A stretch of 64,000 nt of DNA from a virus (lineage: Duplodnaviria > Caudoviricetes): the IMG/VR virus record IMGVR_UViG_3300020050_009209; one strand, written 5' to 3'. Shown in pieces: positions 38,041 through 47,010 of the stretch. Made by a program: the position numbers and the translations under genes. The notes under the pieces were generated by a model that saw only the letters and a list, made by a program, of their open reading frames with translations, was not told the origin of the DNA and did no database searches. The first letter of the stretch is position 1, and the number at the start of each line of letters is the position of its first letter.

Positions 38041-38418
38041 TCAATGTCTACTCCGTTGACAGACACCTTGACGTCTACTTCCAGTTCTCGACATGCGCTC
38101 GAATTCGCAGCGCAGCTTTCGCAGCGCGTGCGCCTCGATGCATCGGACGCGCTCCCTGCTCAGCCCGAGCACGTCGGCGATCTCTTGCAGCGTCATCGCG
38201 TACTCGGTCACCTCGTGCGGTTCACGCTCGCTCTCCCCCTCCTCGACGCGTGCCGCGCTCGCGTCGTAGATGCGGGGCCCAAAGGCATCTTCTAGGTCTC
38301 GCATCGTGCCGAGCCGCAACGACTCATCGCGCTCGAACTCGTCGGGGCGATGGGACAGGAGGAGCGCGCGCAGCCGCGGCGTCAGTCTGCGCCACTGCTC
38401 AGCCTGCTTTGGCGTCAC
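38041..38418 (-). CDS. sigma70 region-4 HTH protein on GC-rich insert
   Basis: MTLQEIADVLGLSRERVRCIEAHALRKLR matches the region 4.2 consensus. Confidence 0.85.
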   Translation of the reverse strand: MTPKQAEQWRRLTPRLRALLLSHRPDEFERDESLRLGTMRDLEDAFGPRIYDASAARVEEGESEREPHEVTEYAMTLQEIADVLGLSRERVRCIEAHALRKLRCEFERMSRTGSRRQGVCQRSRH

Positions 38419-38457
38419 TTCGCTACTCCGTTGACAGACACCTTGACGTCTACTTCC
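38048..38457. mobile_element. 340-bp insertion flanked by perfect 35-bp direct repeats
   Basis: ctactccgttgacagacaccttgacgtctacttcc at 38048-38082 and 38423-38457. Confidence 0.85.
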
Positions 38458-38624
38458 GAGTCAGCCTTCACCCCATCCGGGAAGTAGGTTCGAGCGAAGT
38501 CCACCTCCCCATCCTTTCCGGACATAGCTCCTAGAAGGAGCTTGGCAAAATCAGTGTTTCCGGTCAGACTCATTGCAGGATACTTCATGTCCTTACCTAC
38601 GTATCGACCAAGGTACGGTTTAAG

Positions 38625-38846
38625 CTATATTCGATCCACCCAAAGCAACTTCTGCATGGTTACGGAGTACCAACATCCGAGGAAGAACGTTGCAACCACT
38701 GAGATAATGGTACCTACTCCGGAGTAAGCCATTCCGAGGAACATGAGTAGCATGAGAACAACAAGGGTTGTTAGCGTGACTACAGCCTTCAATTGAAGCT
38801 CCTTGCTAACAATTTGTCGAGGTCTAGCGCTCGCTGGCGAATCCAA
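38625..38846 (-). CDS. putative membrane protein
   Basis: Two hydrophobic segments; start uncertain. Confidence 0.55.
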   Translation of the reverse strand: MDSPASARPRQIVSKELQLKAVVTLTTLVVLMLLMFLGMAYSGVGTIISVVATFFLGCWYSVTMQKLLWVDRI

Positions 38847-39094
38847 TCTGGAACAGGAGGTCCTTCTAGGGACCTCGCCTTATTGATCCTACAACGGAGC
38901 TTTTCTCTTTCCTCATCCAACTCCGCTTTGATGCGGGCGGTCTGAGCTTTAGACACTCCTCGAAACTCTTCGTCATGGGCTTTACACAAGGTACTGACAA
39001 GCTTATTGCCTTCGTACCACTGAGTGTACGCAACCACTTCACAGTGATCACACGGGGTGTTCGGACCGAGACGCTTCTCTTGCTTTCCTAGCAT
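38789..39094 (-). CDS. hypothetical protein
   Basis: CDHC...CKAH. Confidence 0.7.
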   Translation of the reverse strand: MLGKQEKRLGPNTPCDHCEVVAYTQWYEGNKLVSTLCKAHDEEFRGVSKAQTARIKAELDEEREKLRCRINKARSLEGPPVPDWIRQRALDLDKLLARSFN

Positions 39095-39138
39095 TTACTT
39101 CCTCTCAGAACGCATTGCAAAACGTTAATAGCACAGAT

Positions 39139-39447
39139 TCAGTGGAGGGTTGGTTGAACATTCGCCGCTCGAAGAGCCTCTAGGATTTTCTCGGCCTGGT
39201 ACTGCATGAACCCAGCTTGAATTGCATCCTTCGGGGGGAGGTCTAGCCCTTGATTAATTAGGCAACTTACCGTTTCCTGGATGTAGGACTCTCGTATACG
39301 TTCTGAGTCTACCGTCCACACCCCATCAGGGCTCGTAAAGCCTACTCTTGTGCGCGATGGTAGTATAGGGTGGACTTTTGGCGCCCCATGAATTCGGCAT
39401 TGCTCCGTAAGCTTAGCGAGGAATTCCTCGAAGGTGTAAGTGCTCAC
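39139..39447 (-). CDS. hypothetical protein
   Basis: GTGA coupling. Confidence 0.65.
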   Translation of the reverse strand: MSTYTFEEFLAKLTEQCRIHGAPKVHPILPSRTRVGFTSPDGVWTVDSERIRESYIQETVSCLINQGLDLPPKDAIQAGFMQYQAEKILEALRAANVQPTLH

Positions 39448-39791
39448 TTAACCAGCCTTGTATTGACTACAACCATAGCCTCCTTGTGCGTTAGACCTTC
39501 GAGATAGCCCGGACTAGCCCCCACAACCAAGAAGTTACCGTACATTGCTCTCCCGCTCGGTATGAATCGATTGAAAGGTAGGTGCTGAATGTCCCTGTTT
39601 GAGAGGACACTGAACATCCCCTCTCGGGTAAGCTCTAAGTTTGAAACCCCAAGTAGAAAATGAGCTTCCTGGAAGAGACGATCGTCACGTCTACCTAAGT
39701 CAACGATTTTAGGCTTGTCCCCAACTCGGTAAAGTACGGCCTTAGACTTGAGACTAGGAGTTGAGTTCAGGTTCGGGTTGTTCTTATGCAA
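39444..39791 (-). CDS. divergent DUF3846-like protein
   Basis: LPFNR...YGNFLVVG...GLT. Confidence 0.55.
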   Translation of the reverse strand: MHKNNPNLNSTPSLKSKAVLYRVGDKPKIVDLGRRDDRLFQEAHFLLGVSNLELTREGMFSVLSNRDIQHLPFNRFIPSGRAMYGNFLVVGASPGYLEGLTHKEAMVVVNTRLVK

Positions 39792-39800
39792 GTCAATGCC

Positions 39801-40025
39801 TCAGTCTCGATCGGGTAGCTTACCGGTCACTGCCAACAACACCCAGGTTGCGAACATGGTAGCAAGATACAGGACCGGAGGAATGAAAACGATGTACCAT
39901 CTTGTCATAGAGATGATACCTACGGCAAGGGAAATCACTAGGAAAAAGTTGATAAGGTAGGCGACAAAGAAGGTTGAGATGACCCACTTAACGAGCGCAT
40001 CCGATTCAGCCTTGCTTTGACTCAT
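39801..40025 (-). CDS. putative membrane protein
   Basis: Two TM segments; ATGA coupling. Confidence 0.7.
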   Translation of the reverse strand: MSQSKAESDALVKWVISTFFVAYLINFFLVISLAVGIISMTRWYIVFIPPVLYLATMFATWVLLAVTGKLPDRD

Positions 40026-40501
40026 GGGTAACGGTGACCTGTCCAAGTGCTTGTCGTAAGGTCCCACTCCATCGGAGTGTCGATAATGACCTCTGGGTCC
40101 TTCCGCCAAGTAGAGAGCCGAAAGGTTCCTCTGGGGCCTATAATCTGCCTAGTCTTTTGACTATCCCCTGTCTCTAGGTTGTAGAGACCAGGCCAAATCC
40201 GTTGACCTACGGGGAAAAACACCTCTCCTTTGGGGTTAAGCTGTACGGCTTCCCATTCGAGGAGCTTCTCTAGGGTCACGTCAGCAAACCCTGGTAGTTC
40301 TTGGATGTTGCGGTACCGACATTCGAAGAGCCTTGGGAGGGGCCGTAGCGCGTCAATAACCGCCTGCTTGCACTGAGGGCACCAGGTACTGTCATTCAAG
40401 GGAGCGTTACAACCATGCCCACTTCCCTGATAGCTGTATCGAGTCCCACAATGAGAACAGCGCTTGAGCTGATGAGTCGTCATATACTTCGTTACACTCA
40501 C
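40022..40501 (-). CDS. hypothetical Zn-binding protein
   Basis: RCSHCG..Y.YQGSG...WCPQC. Confidence 0.75.
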   Translation of the reverse strand: MSVTKYMTTHQLKRCSHCGTRYSYQGSGHGCNAPLNDSTWCPQCKQAVIDALRPLPRLFECRYRNIQELPGFADVTLEKLLEWEAVQLNPKGEVFFPVGQRIWPGLYNLETGDSQKTRQIIGPRGTFRLSTWRKDPEVIIDTPMEWDLTTSTWTGHRYP

Positions 40502-40904
40502 TTCGACTCAAGCTCCACTGGAGTCGACTGGAAATTAGGTTGAGATGCCGCAAGCACCCAATTCAAGTAGGCATCATACCCGATCGTACCAAAGGACTTC
40601 CACGCAAGAGCTTCACGGGAAGGTTTCTCATTCAGGTTCGGCTTCGGGCAGTCGGGTCGAGTAATCATATCAGTAACTACGAACATTGCACTCAGCTACT
40701 TAACTACTTTATAGGTAGTCTCCTTAGCACATGCAGAATAGAGAGGTGGGTGGGCTCTCTTAGCCACTTTTGCAATCGAAGGGAGAGCTTCACCAAAGGG
40801 GTTGCCCCCCAGCGCACGGGTCTAAAGTAGGGGCCGTAGTAAAATTCGTCTAACATCGGGGGTTACTTACGCTACCTCCCCTTGGTAGTCAAATGCTAGC
40901 ACGC

Positions 40905-41133
40905 AGAAAGGCCTACCCGTTTTAAGGTAGGCCTTCTCTTACCAGGTGAAGAGACTTGTGGTCTCTCCCGAGGAACCTAACTCTTGATCAGAAAGCTAGG
41001 GTTCCTCTGCAAGCGGACTCCCTCCGCACGATTATATTCATTGAGGTCTCTTTCGTCGCTACAAGGTTAACCTCAGGTAGGACCGAGTCCATACTCTAGA
41101 GGTGTTCTGGTTAAGGTGGCCAACCTCTCCAGT
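40905..41133 (-). ncRNA. ~230-nt ncRNA copy 2 (own promoter and terminator)
   Basis: Homologous to 23419-23619; promoter 41143-41168; terminator hairpin 40905-40937. Confidence 0.85.
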
Positions 41134-41164
41134 CATGTTACTTACGTTCGTCTCGCCCTACACT

Positions 41165-41536
41165 TTAACCAAGAACTTCGATTTTCTCCCCTGCGGTAAG
41201 AGTCTCGATCGTATCTAGGATCCAACGTAGCTCCCTACTAGGGGAGTTTACTTCGATGTCGGACTCGTCATCAATGTTTGAACCCGACAGTCGAACAGTG
41301 TCAGAGAGGAAGCAAAGGTCGAAAGACCAATTTTCAGTGGACCATTCCGCTTGAACTCCACCCTCTGGCGTTGGGTAGATGTAAACTCTGGCCTCTAGGA
41401 TATCTTCCACACGGGGGAGATACTCTCGTGCTGTCTCTATGGCTGCCCTCGAAGGTGCGAACCCACAGCCATCTAGCCACCCATCTTTGAGGTTAAGTAA
41501 CTCAGTCAACCTCGCGTTGATCGTTTCCAGACTCAC
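41165..41536 (-). CDS. hypothetical protein (LKDGW family)
   Basis: LKDGWLDG..APS...IYPTPEGGVQAEW; stop in promoter TTAA. Confidence 0.8.
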   Translation of the reverse strand: MSLETINARLTELLNLKDGWLDGCGFAPSRAAIETAREYLPRVEDILEARVYIYPTPEGGVQAEWSTENWSFDLCFLSDTVRLSGSNIDDESDIEVNSPSRELRWILDTIETLTAGEKIEVLG

Positions 41537-41733
41537 GACTTACCAAGCTTTGCTAGAGCCAAGGAGTAACCCGCATGTCGTTGACGTTCCAACTCCAACT
41601 GAGACACAACGTCCCAACCTGCGAGGAGAGCTGCCTCAAGTCGGACGATAGCCTCATCCGTGCTTGCGAGAAGCCTGGAGAGCCTCTCCACTGGAGCGCC
41701 GCGTTGAATCAGCCTTGAAGTTACGGTTACCAT
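41533..41733 (-). CDS. hypothetical protein (paralog of 23976-24146)
   Basis: RLEAALLAGWDV. Confidence 0.7.
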   Translation of the reverse strand: MVTVTSRLIQRGAPVERLSRLLASTDEAIVRLEAALLAGWDVVSQLELERQRHAGYSLALAKLGKS

Positions 41734-41741
41734 ATAACCCC

Positions 41742-42002
41742 CTACGGGTTCGAGGTGATCTGGCTTAACTTTTCTTTCAGCTCTTGAGCAGAAATGTCGA
41801 GTTCGATCGAGCTGTTAAAGAGTGCGAGAACTTCGAGCGTCTTAGAGTGGATCAAAGTGGCCTCATCAAAGGCTGCCTTTGTCGTAACCGCTAGGTGCTT
41901 CCACCTCTCGGTCTCGGATCGCCAGTAGCTAACTTGGGCGCTTTTGTACATGTAGGTCAGCCCGATAGTTACAAGCAAACCAGCGAAAATCAAAACTACC
42001 AC
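41742..42002 (-). CDS. protein with N-terminal membrane anchor
   Basis: Hydrophobic N-terminus plus helical region. Confidence 0.65.
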   Translation of the reverse strand: MVVLIFAGLLVTIGLTYMYKSAQVSYWRSETERWKHLAVTTKAAFDEATLIHSKTLEVLALFNSSIELDISAQELKEKLSQITSNP

Positions 42003-42113
42003 TTATGCTTCTCCTCTAGACTCAGGTATGTACCGTGAAGTTCACCGAGTAAAGACACGTCTGCCGGATCCCGACTTGATGATCGACTTGGGCGATGGTG
42101 ACGCGTGTTGCCA

Positions 42114-42470
42114 TCAGCAGCTAAGGCAACAGTAACTACGATCTGCATCGGAACTAACCTCTGGACTCAAGTATACCTCTGCCGGGTCCTCTAGAATCAG
42201 ACTCAGTCTGGACCTACCTCGAATTTGAATAGGCGGGTTAGGTCCTGGACGAGTCCAATCTAGGGTCTGAGTCGCCATTGTAGCTTCGAGGTGGTCAAGG
42301 TCCCACCCAGCAGCTAAGGCCACAACAACGCCGACCCGAATCGCAGACAACTTCAGAGTATCACCTTCGCGGGGGTACCAGCTAACTACTGGACCCCTCG
42401 CATACTCTGGGAAGGCTGCGAGTACAGCGTTAAAAACTTCAGGGGGCAACTTCATTACTGGCGGGCTCAA
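42114..42470 (-). CDS. hypothetical protein
   Basis: - block; start uncertain. Confidence 0.6.
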   Translation of the reverse strand: MSPPVMKLPPEVFNAVLAAFPEYARGPVVSWYPREGDTLKLSAIRVGVVVALAAGWDLDHLEATMATQTLDWTRPGPNPPIQIRGRSRLSLILEDPAEVYLSPEVSSDADRSYCCLSC

Positions 42471-42762
42471 CTTCCTCGATGTCGTTGATATCTGCCATAC
42501 ACCAGTAGCGACCTCGACCTACCCAAACAATTTGAGGGTTTTGTGCGGGGACCGTTTGACCGTGGAGGGGGTAAGCATCACTGCCAGGCATAAGATGATG
42601 CACGCGCACCTTACGTCGCTTGGTGTTGATCACGGGGTCACCGTAACCCCCTCGACCCATGTCCACAATCAAGATGTCAGCCTTAAGGGTCACAACATCC
42701 CCCTTCTTAAGGGGGAGCTTACGCTCGTCATGGTAGCCAAGGTACTTTTTGGTGGTGCTCAT
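42439..42762 (-). CDS. hypothetical protein
   Basis: ATG 9 nt after promoter. Confidence 0.8.
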   Translation of the reverse strand: MSTTKKYLGYHDERKLPLKKGDVVTLKADILIVDMGRGGYGDPVINTKRRKVRVHHLMPGSDAYPLHGQTVPAQNPQIVWVGRGRYWCMADINDIEEVEPASNEVAP

Positions 42763-42884
42763 AGAGTGTAGTACGAGATGGAGGGCTAGGCCCTTAACCT
42801 AGATCGACGGAGACAGGAAGGGCTTGATTTTTTCAGACAGGTGCTGTAAGCTAACCCTTAGAAACTCTAACTGAAAAGGTATTT

Positions 42885-43646
42885 GTGTACTCAGAAGACG
42901 CGTATATTTCCGTGGGTCGACCTGGAGCTGGATCTTGCGTAGTGCGGGCTAAAACGTGGCCTGGAGACGAGAAGCTAATAGAGAGGTTCTCCCGGAACTA
43001 TCCACCAGGCACTATTATCGCGCACAAAGGTTTGCGATGGGTGATTCGGTCAGGGGGAGCACTGGAGGCGGTGGCAGCGACCCCGGCCCTACCAACGACC
43101 GTGACTCCGAGCTACGTACCTCCAAGCCCCCAAGTAACTGGACCTGGACCTCAAGTGCAGCAGCTACCCGTCCAAGTTGAAGTTGACGAAGAGTTCTTGC
43201 TTGAACGCACGAAGCTCCACAGACCTTACGCTCCAGTAGATGTAAAGCCTCCAGTTTTCAGTGAGTACCCTACGCTAGAGGGTCTGGTGCGTGCAGATAT
43301 TCATTACTTCACGGGTAATGGGGCAAAGCCTCTAACTCTAAGCGAAGCGCTAGCTCGAATCAAAGAGCTTGAAGCTAAAGTTGGACTCCTTGAGTTGCAC
43401 ATAAAGAGACTGACGGGGCACACACAGACACCTGCACCTAATCCGAGTGTTGAGACTCCCCCACCTGTAGTAGACGTTGTAAGCACTCAGCCTGCAACCA
43501 TCAACCCTGGTGAGGTGTGGGTTTCCAAGGACCCTAGAAGGTCGACTCCGTTTACTGTGCAATCCGTGGATGAGGCTAACTTCTACACGACCGCTGGTCG
43601 ATCAATCAACCTTAGCCGCCTCCACTGCTACCGTAGGGTCAGCTAA
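42885..43646 (+). CDS. Pro-rich protein with C-terminal domain shared with 54335-55099
   Basis: GEVWVSKDPRR..FTV.SV...R.I.LSR...YR. Confidence 0.75.
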   Translation: MYSEDAYISVGRPGAGSCVVRAKTWPGDEKLIERFSRNYPPGTIIAHKGLRWVIRSGGALEAVAATPALPTTVTPSYVPPSPQVTGPGPQVQQLPVQVEVDEEFLLERTKLHRPYAPVDVKPPVFSEYPTLEGLVRADIHYFTGNGAKPLTLSEALARIKELEAKVGLLELHIKRLTGHTQTPAPNPSVETPPPVVDVVSTQPATINPGEVWVSKDPRRSTPFTVQSVDEANFYTTAGRSINLSRLHCYRRVS

Positions 43647-43949
43647 GTCTACCCACTCGTAGTGGTTCTGAGGGATTAGAGTAGCGTCAAGCTTACTAAG
43701 GTAGGACTTGACGCTACTGATTTCTTGAACACTTAGATGGCCATACCACCCAGGGCTTCCGAGGTAGATCCAGTCATCCAGGTTAATCTGCTTTGAACCG
43801 TACGTACCGTAAGGTAGTGGTACGTAGTTGTCGTGCGCTCTCTCCAGGTCCGATGGGTTTTGATCTGGTCGCATCCCATAGGGGATCCCCCAGAGCACGA
43901 GATCCTTACCTCGATAGAGCACTCGAATAGAAGCTAGCTTCTGGTCCAT
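43602..43949 (-). CDS. hypothetical protein
   Basis: ATG 8 nt after promoter. Confidence 0.7.
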   Translation of the reverse strand: MDQKLASIRVLYRGKDLVLWGIPYGMRPDQNPSDLERAHDNYVPLPYGTYGSKQINLDDWIYLGSPGWYGHLSVQEISSVKSYLSKLDATLIPQNHYEWVDLADPTVAVEAAKVD

Positions 43950-43978
43950 GCCTACCCTACGTAATGCAAACGCCAGCG

Positions 43979-44188
43979 TTAACTTGTTTTTGTGTACACC
44001 CTAGGCTTGTACACCCAGTACTCGTTCGACACGTAACCTACAATCGCAGTACCTGTAGCTATCTTATCGTAGGCGATTAGCCAGTCTTTGATCTTCCTCT
44101 CAGCTAGCACCATGGACAACTCAGACAAGCTCTCGGCTTGGAGCGTAACATCTCCCTGTAGGCCTCCACGGTAGTCGGCGAACACCAT
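43979..44188 (-). CDS. hypothetical protein
   Basis: Start moved to ATG 44188; stop in promoter TTAA. Confidence 0.6.
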   Translation of the reverse strand: MVFADYRGGLQGDVTLQAESLSELSMVLAERKIKDWLIAYDKIATGTAIVGYVSNEYWVYKPRVYTKTS

Positions 44189-44418
44189 CACCGCTCTTCC
44201 CGTATTTCCGACTTGGCGGCTCTCCTGGCGGCCTTCCGTGGCTTCCGCCTCACCCGAGCACGCTCCGCTGCTGACGTGATGAATACACACCCCCCGCGAT
44301 CCGCGATGCGCTCGGGCTTGGACATGTCCGTGTTTGGTTTTGTACCGTAAGCCTTCATGCGGTTCGGCTTTGAGCGTTTACGCTTTACTGGCTCATGCTT
44401 TTTCTTGGGGTCACTCAC
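44188..44418 (-). CDS. small basic protein (GC-rich)
   Basis: GAGGA RBS; R/K-rich. Confidence 0.65.
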   Translation of the reverse strand: MSDPKKKHEPVKRKRSKPNRMKAYGTKPNTDMSKPERIADRGGCVFITSAAERARVRRKPRKAARRAAKSEIREER

Positions 44419-44939
44419 GTCCTCACCTCAAGACCCATAGGGTTCATAGGAGAGTCCGCTAGGCTAGAGTTCGTGTACCGAGCATCAAGAGTTACCTCTT
44501 CTCCAAGCCACCCTGGAATCAAGAACGCTTCATTTTCGCTAGTCAGCTCAATTTCAGCCATAACTAGTCCCGCGTTCGCTCCATGGAACTCGTCAATCTC
44601 CCAAATGTGACCCTCTGGTCGGTGGGGTTGGTGGTGGTAGCGGTACCGAGTCTTAGATACGATCGACCGAGTACAACGAGCTAACAACTCCTTTGCATCC
44701 TGTACTGGAATCTCGTACTCGAACTCAGCACGCTTGAGCTTTCCTGCCCCCTTGATCGTAAGGTACCCAGTACCGCCCCACTTACCCCCAACGGTTCGTA
44801 TTCGCAGAAGGTGCTGACTATCTTCTAGGAGATAACCCTGCTCGTAGTGCTTTCCAGCCTCTGCAAATGCTCTCCAGGTGTCGTTCACAACGAGGAACTT
44901 GCGTTCAATCTCAATTCCCACGCCCACCTCCAATGTCAA
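44415..44939 (-). CDS. CYTH / triphosphate tunnel metalloenzyme
   Basis: EIERKFLV, RIR, LTIKG, EFEYEI, KTRY, WEIDEF, AEIEL; true start probably ~44921. Confidence 0.92.
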   Translation of the reverse strand: MTLEVGVGIEIERKFLVVNDTWRAFAEAGKHYEQGYLLEDSQHLLRIRTVGGKWGGTGYLTIKGAGKLKRAEFEYEIPVQDAKELLARCTRSIVSKTRYRYHHQPHRPEGHIWEIDEFHGANAGLVMAEIELTSENEAFLIPGWLGEEVTLDARYTNSSLADSPMNPMGLEVRT

Positions 44940-45160
44940 ACGTCAAAGTGTTACCGTCAACCTTCGTGATGAGAGAGGCTCTACCTCCAAACAGGAGGTA
45001 AGACCCAACCAGGGTAGGGTCTGTAACCCCATAGGCTACGGACTGAGCAGCCTCGTAGAGATCGTGGTCTGGAAACCTAAGCCCTAGTTGCACCTCAGCA
45101 ACGAACTTCATTGCCGCAGCAATCAAGAACTGCTCAACCACACCAGCGTTCTCTAGTTCT

Positions 45161-45703
45161 CTAACTTGTCGCATTTTCCTCTTTGGAGTCAAGCTCAATG
45201 TCCGCCTTCAACAGCTCAACGAATCTTGGCCACACTCGCTCACAGAAGTGAGTGCACCCAACATGATCGTGAGTGCTGATCTCCTCATACCAACTGGGAC
45301 GGTAGCTTGGCAAGGCTGTCTCACCATTTCTCCAGTCACTAATACCAAGCTCCGTAGAAAAGTCAGCTGCTTCTAGCAACCTCGTCTCTTTTTCGTACTC
45401 TGCCGTACCCTTCGGCCAGATACCCGAGATGAGCGTAGTCATGTTACGCTTCGTCTCCCGCTCGTCAATTCGGTCTGGCACTCCAGTAGGCTTCAGCTTC
45501 CCGTAGAGGTAAGTACTATCGCACTGAGTAAGGAACTCTCGGAACTCACAGCCTGGTTGGCTCCAGACGTAGACGTAGCTGCCATTATCTGACATGGCAG
45601 AGAAGAAGCCAATCGACGTGTCGATAACAATGATAGCCCAACCGCTTCGAGCGTCTCTCGGCAAGAAGAACCGTTTCAGATTGGGTTTTGCTAGGTCAGC
45701 CAT
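45161..45703 (-). CDS. hypothetical protein
   Basis: SDNGSYVYVW...FREFL..CD..YL..K. Confidence 0.8.
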   Translation of the reverse strand: MADLAKPNLKRFFLPRDARSGWAIIVIDTSIGFFSAMSDNGSYVYVWSQPGCEFREFLTQCDSTYLYGKLKPTGVPDRIDERETKRNMTTLISGIWPKGTAEYEKETRLLEAADFSTELGISDWRNGETALPSYRPSWYEEISTHDHVGCTHFCERVWPRFVELLKADIELDSKEENATS

Positions 45704-45993
45704 TAGCGCCTGCCTACCTCGGGGTAAGTGTGTTCCGTTTCAGTAAGCAATGAGGTGAAGCTCATGTACTTAGCCTCTGGTCCAAGAATCCTTAGTAGTA
45801 CCATGAACGCAGGTTGACATATCTTTAAGCAGGCGGGGCAAATCCACTTGATATTCAACCCATCGTAGGCAACGAAGATAGACGTAAACCCAGCTGCCTC
45901 GGCCTCTACGGTAGGGTAACTGCTACCACTAAGAGATGTGAAAGACTTCCCACAATGACAAGAGTGGGTCACCATTTTTTCGGAGTGATTCAT
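45703..45993 (-). CDS. hypothetical Zn-ribbon protein
   Basis: CHCG...WICPAC. Confidence 0.7.
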   Translation of the reverse strand: MNHSEKMVTHSCHCGKSFTSLSGSSYPTVEAEAAGFTSIFVAYDGLNIKWICPACLKICQPAFMVLLRILGPEAKYMSFTSLLTETEHTYPEVGRR

Positions 45994-46163
45994 GTTTTCG
46001 CCAGTATCCGATCCGGTCCTGTAACGTTCAACGCTGTGAGCTGCTGAAGGGCTGAGCTGTAGCTCAGTTCATTCGACTTCCACTGTCGGAGCACCTCCCG
46101 TACTGCATCGTTAGCCCAGCGCATCAGGGTAGCTCTTCTGAGCTTCACGGTAACCTCGTAAGG

Positions 46164-46196
46164 CTAGGCCCTACTATCTCGGATAGTAGGGCCTAG
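46164..46196. terminator. hairpin terminator
   Basis: ctaggccctactatc-tcg-gatagtagggcctag. Confidence 0.8.
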
Positions 46197-46203
46197 TTCT
46201 GTT

Positions 46204-46398
46204 TCAGAGTTTGGCGATTCCGTCTCGAATGGCCTTCTGAGTGGCGGCATTCCAGCGGTAGGACTTGGCGTCCATTTGAAGGTTCATGAACGCATCGCTC
46301 TTGCTCATCCCATCGAGGGAGCCGAGAAAATTCTGGACCGCGATGGTCTTGACGTCTTTGCGGGTAGAGAGCTTCTGGATGATTTCTGCGGTAAGCAT
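46204..46398 (-). CDS. conserved small phage protein
   Basis: Promoter plus AAGGAG RBS; AVQNFL...NL..DA.SY.WN. Confidence 0.85.
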   Translation of the reverse strand: MLTAEIIQKLSTRKDVKTIAVQNFLGSLDGMSKSDAFMNLQMDAKSYRWNAATQKAIRDGIAKL

Positions 46399-46473
46399 TG
46401 TGTGTCTCCTTGCCTGATACTACGAAGTGAGACCAGAAAGCTTTAACCGACTTCTACGATTTTCTTCTTCGGC

Positions 46474-46706
46474 TGGTAGGGTTGGTGGGAGTCGAACCCA
46501 CTTGGTAGCTGCAAAGTCATGAGGGAAACGCGCTTCCTTCTATGGGCAGGTATCGGCCGTACCCCCAACTGTTACCAGGTGGGGCCATAGTCAGTGCATC
46601 CGCAACCTCACTTCAATTCTGAAGCTCCTCTCCGAGCTTCCTACTCCAGCTATGGCTTTCGCCCCTCGATCCGTTTTTGAGTGCCTTTCCGTCAGGCTCC
46701 AACCCT
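46474..46706 (-). ncRNA. 233-nt tRNA-like RNA with encoded CCA and large central insertion
   Basis: Acceptor AGGGTTG/CAACCCT-A-CCA; D-arm GCCT-GACGGAA-AGGC; T-arm GTGGG-TTCGACT-CCCAC; ~180 nt between D and T arms. Confidence 0.85.
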
Positions 46707-47010
46707 ATAGTGCCGGTCTTTCCCGGCTGTCACTTGACTCACCCAATTCACCGTACGTCAAGAGTAAGGACGAAGGAGACTCAACACGACCACTTCCGTT
46801 GGGTGCCCCGATTCCACTACCCGCACACCACCACGACACCACACCACTTAATTAGTCCCGCCTACTTTACCACAAGCTGTACACACTCCATGCTTCATTG
46901 CTGAAGCTCCGTCATGGTACACATGAGTGCAACGCACCTGTAGGTGTTTTAGCTCTTCCTCGAAGTCCTTTATAGCCTTCTGGAGGTGCTCCTTCAAGGC
47001 CTTAGCTGAC

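Larger units (their letters stand above)
37866..38588 (-). pseudogene. phage gene split by a 340-bp insertion
   Basis: Removing the insert and one 35-bp repeat restores MKYPAMSLTG...DVKVSVNGVDIDPKLFIELL...PDPI; ATG 9 nt after promoter 38598-38623. Confidence 0.85.

Noticed and set aside
38048-38457. CRISPR array from the 35-bp direct repeats
   Set aside because: Only two copies, a 340-bp spacer, the repeat is coding sequence of the interrupted gene, and there are no cas genes
19781-42096. 18-bp match ATGATCGACTTGGGCGAT at ~19781 and ~42079
   Set aside because: Isolated match in unrelated contexts with no flanking similarity or structure; treated as chance
46474-46706. tmRNA (ssrA)
   Set aside because: No G3-U70 alanine determinant, has a D-stem, is short, and no recognisable tag peptide
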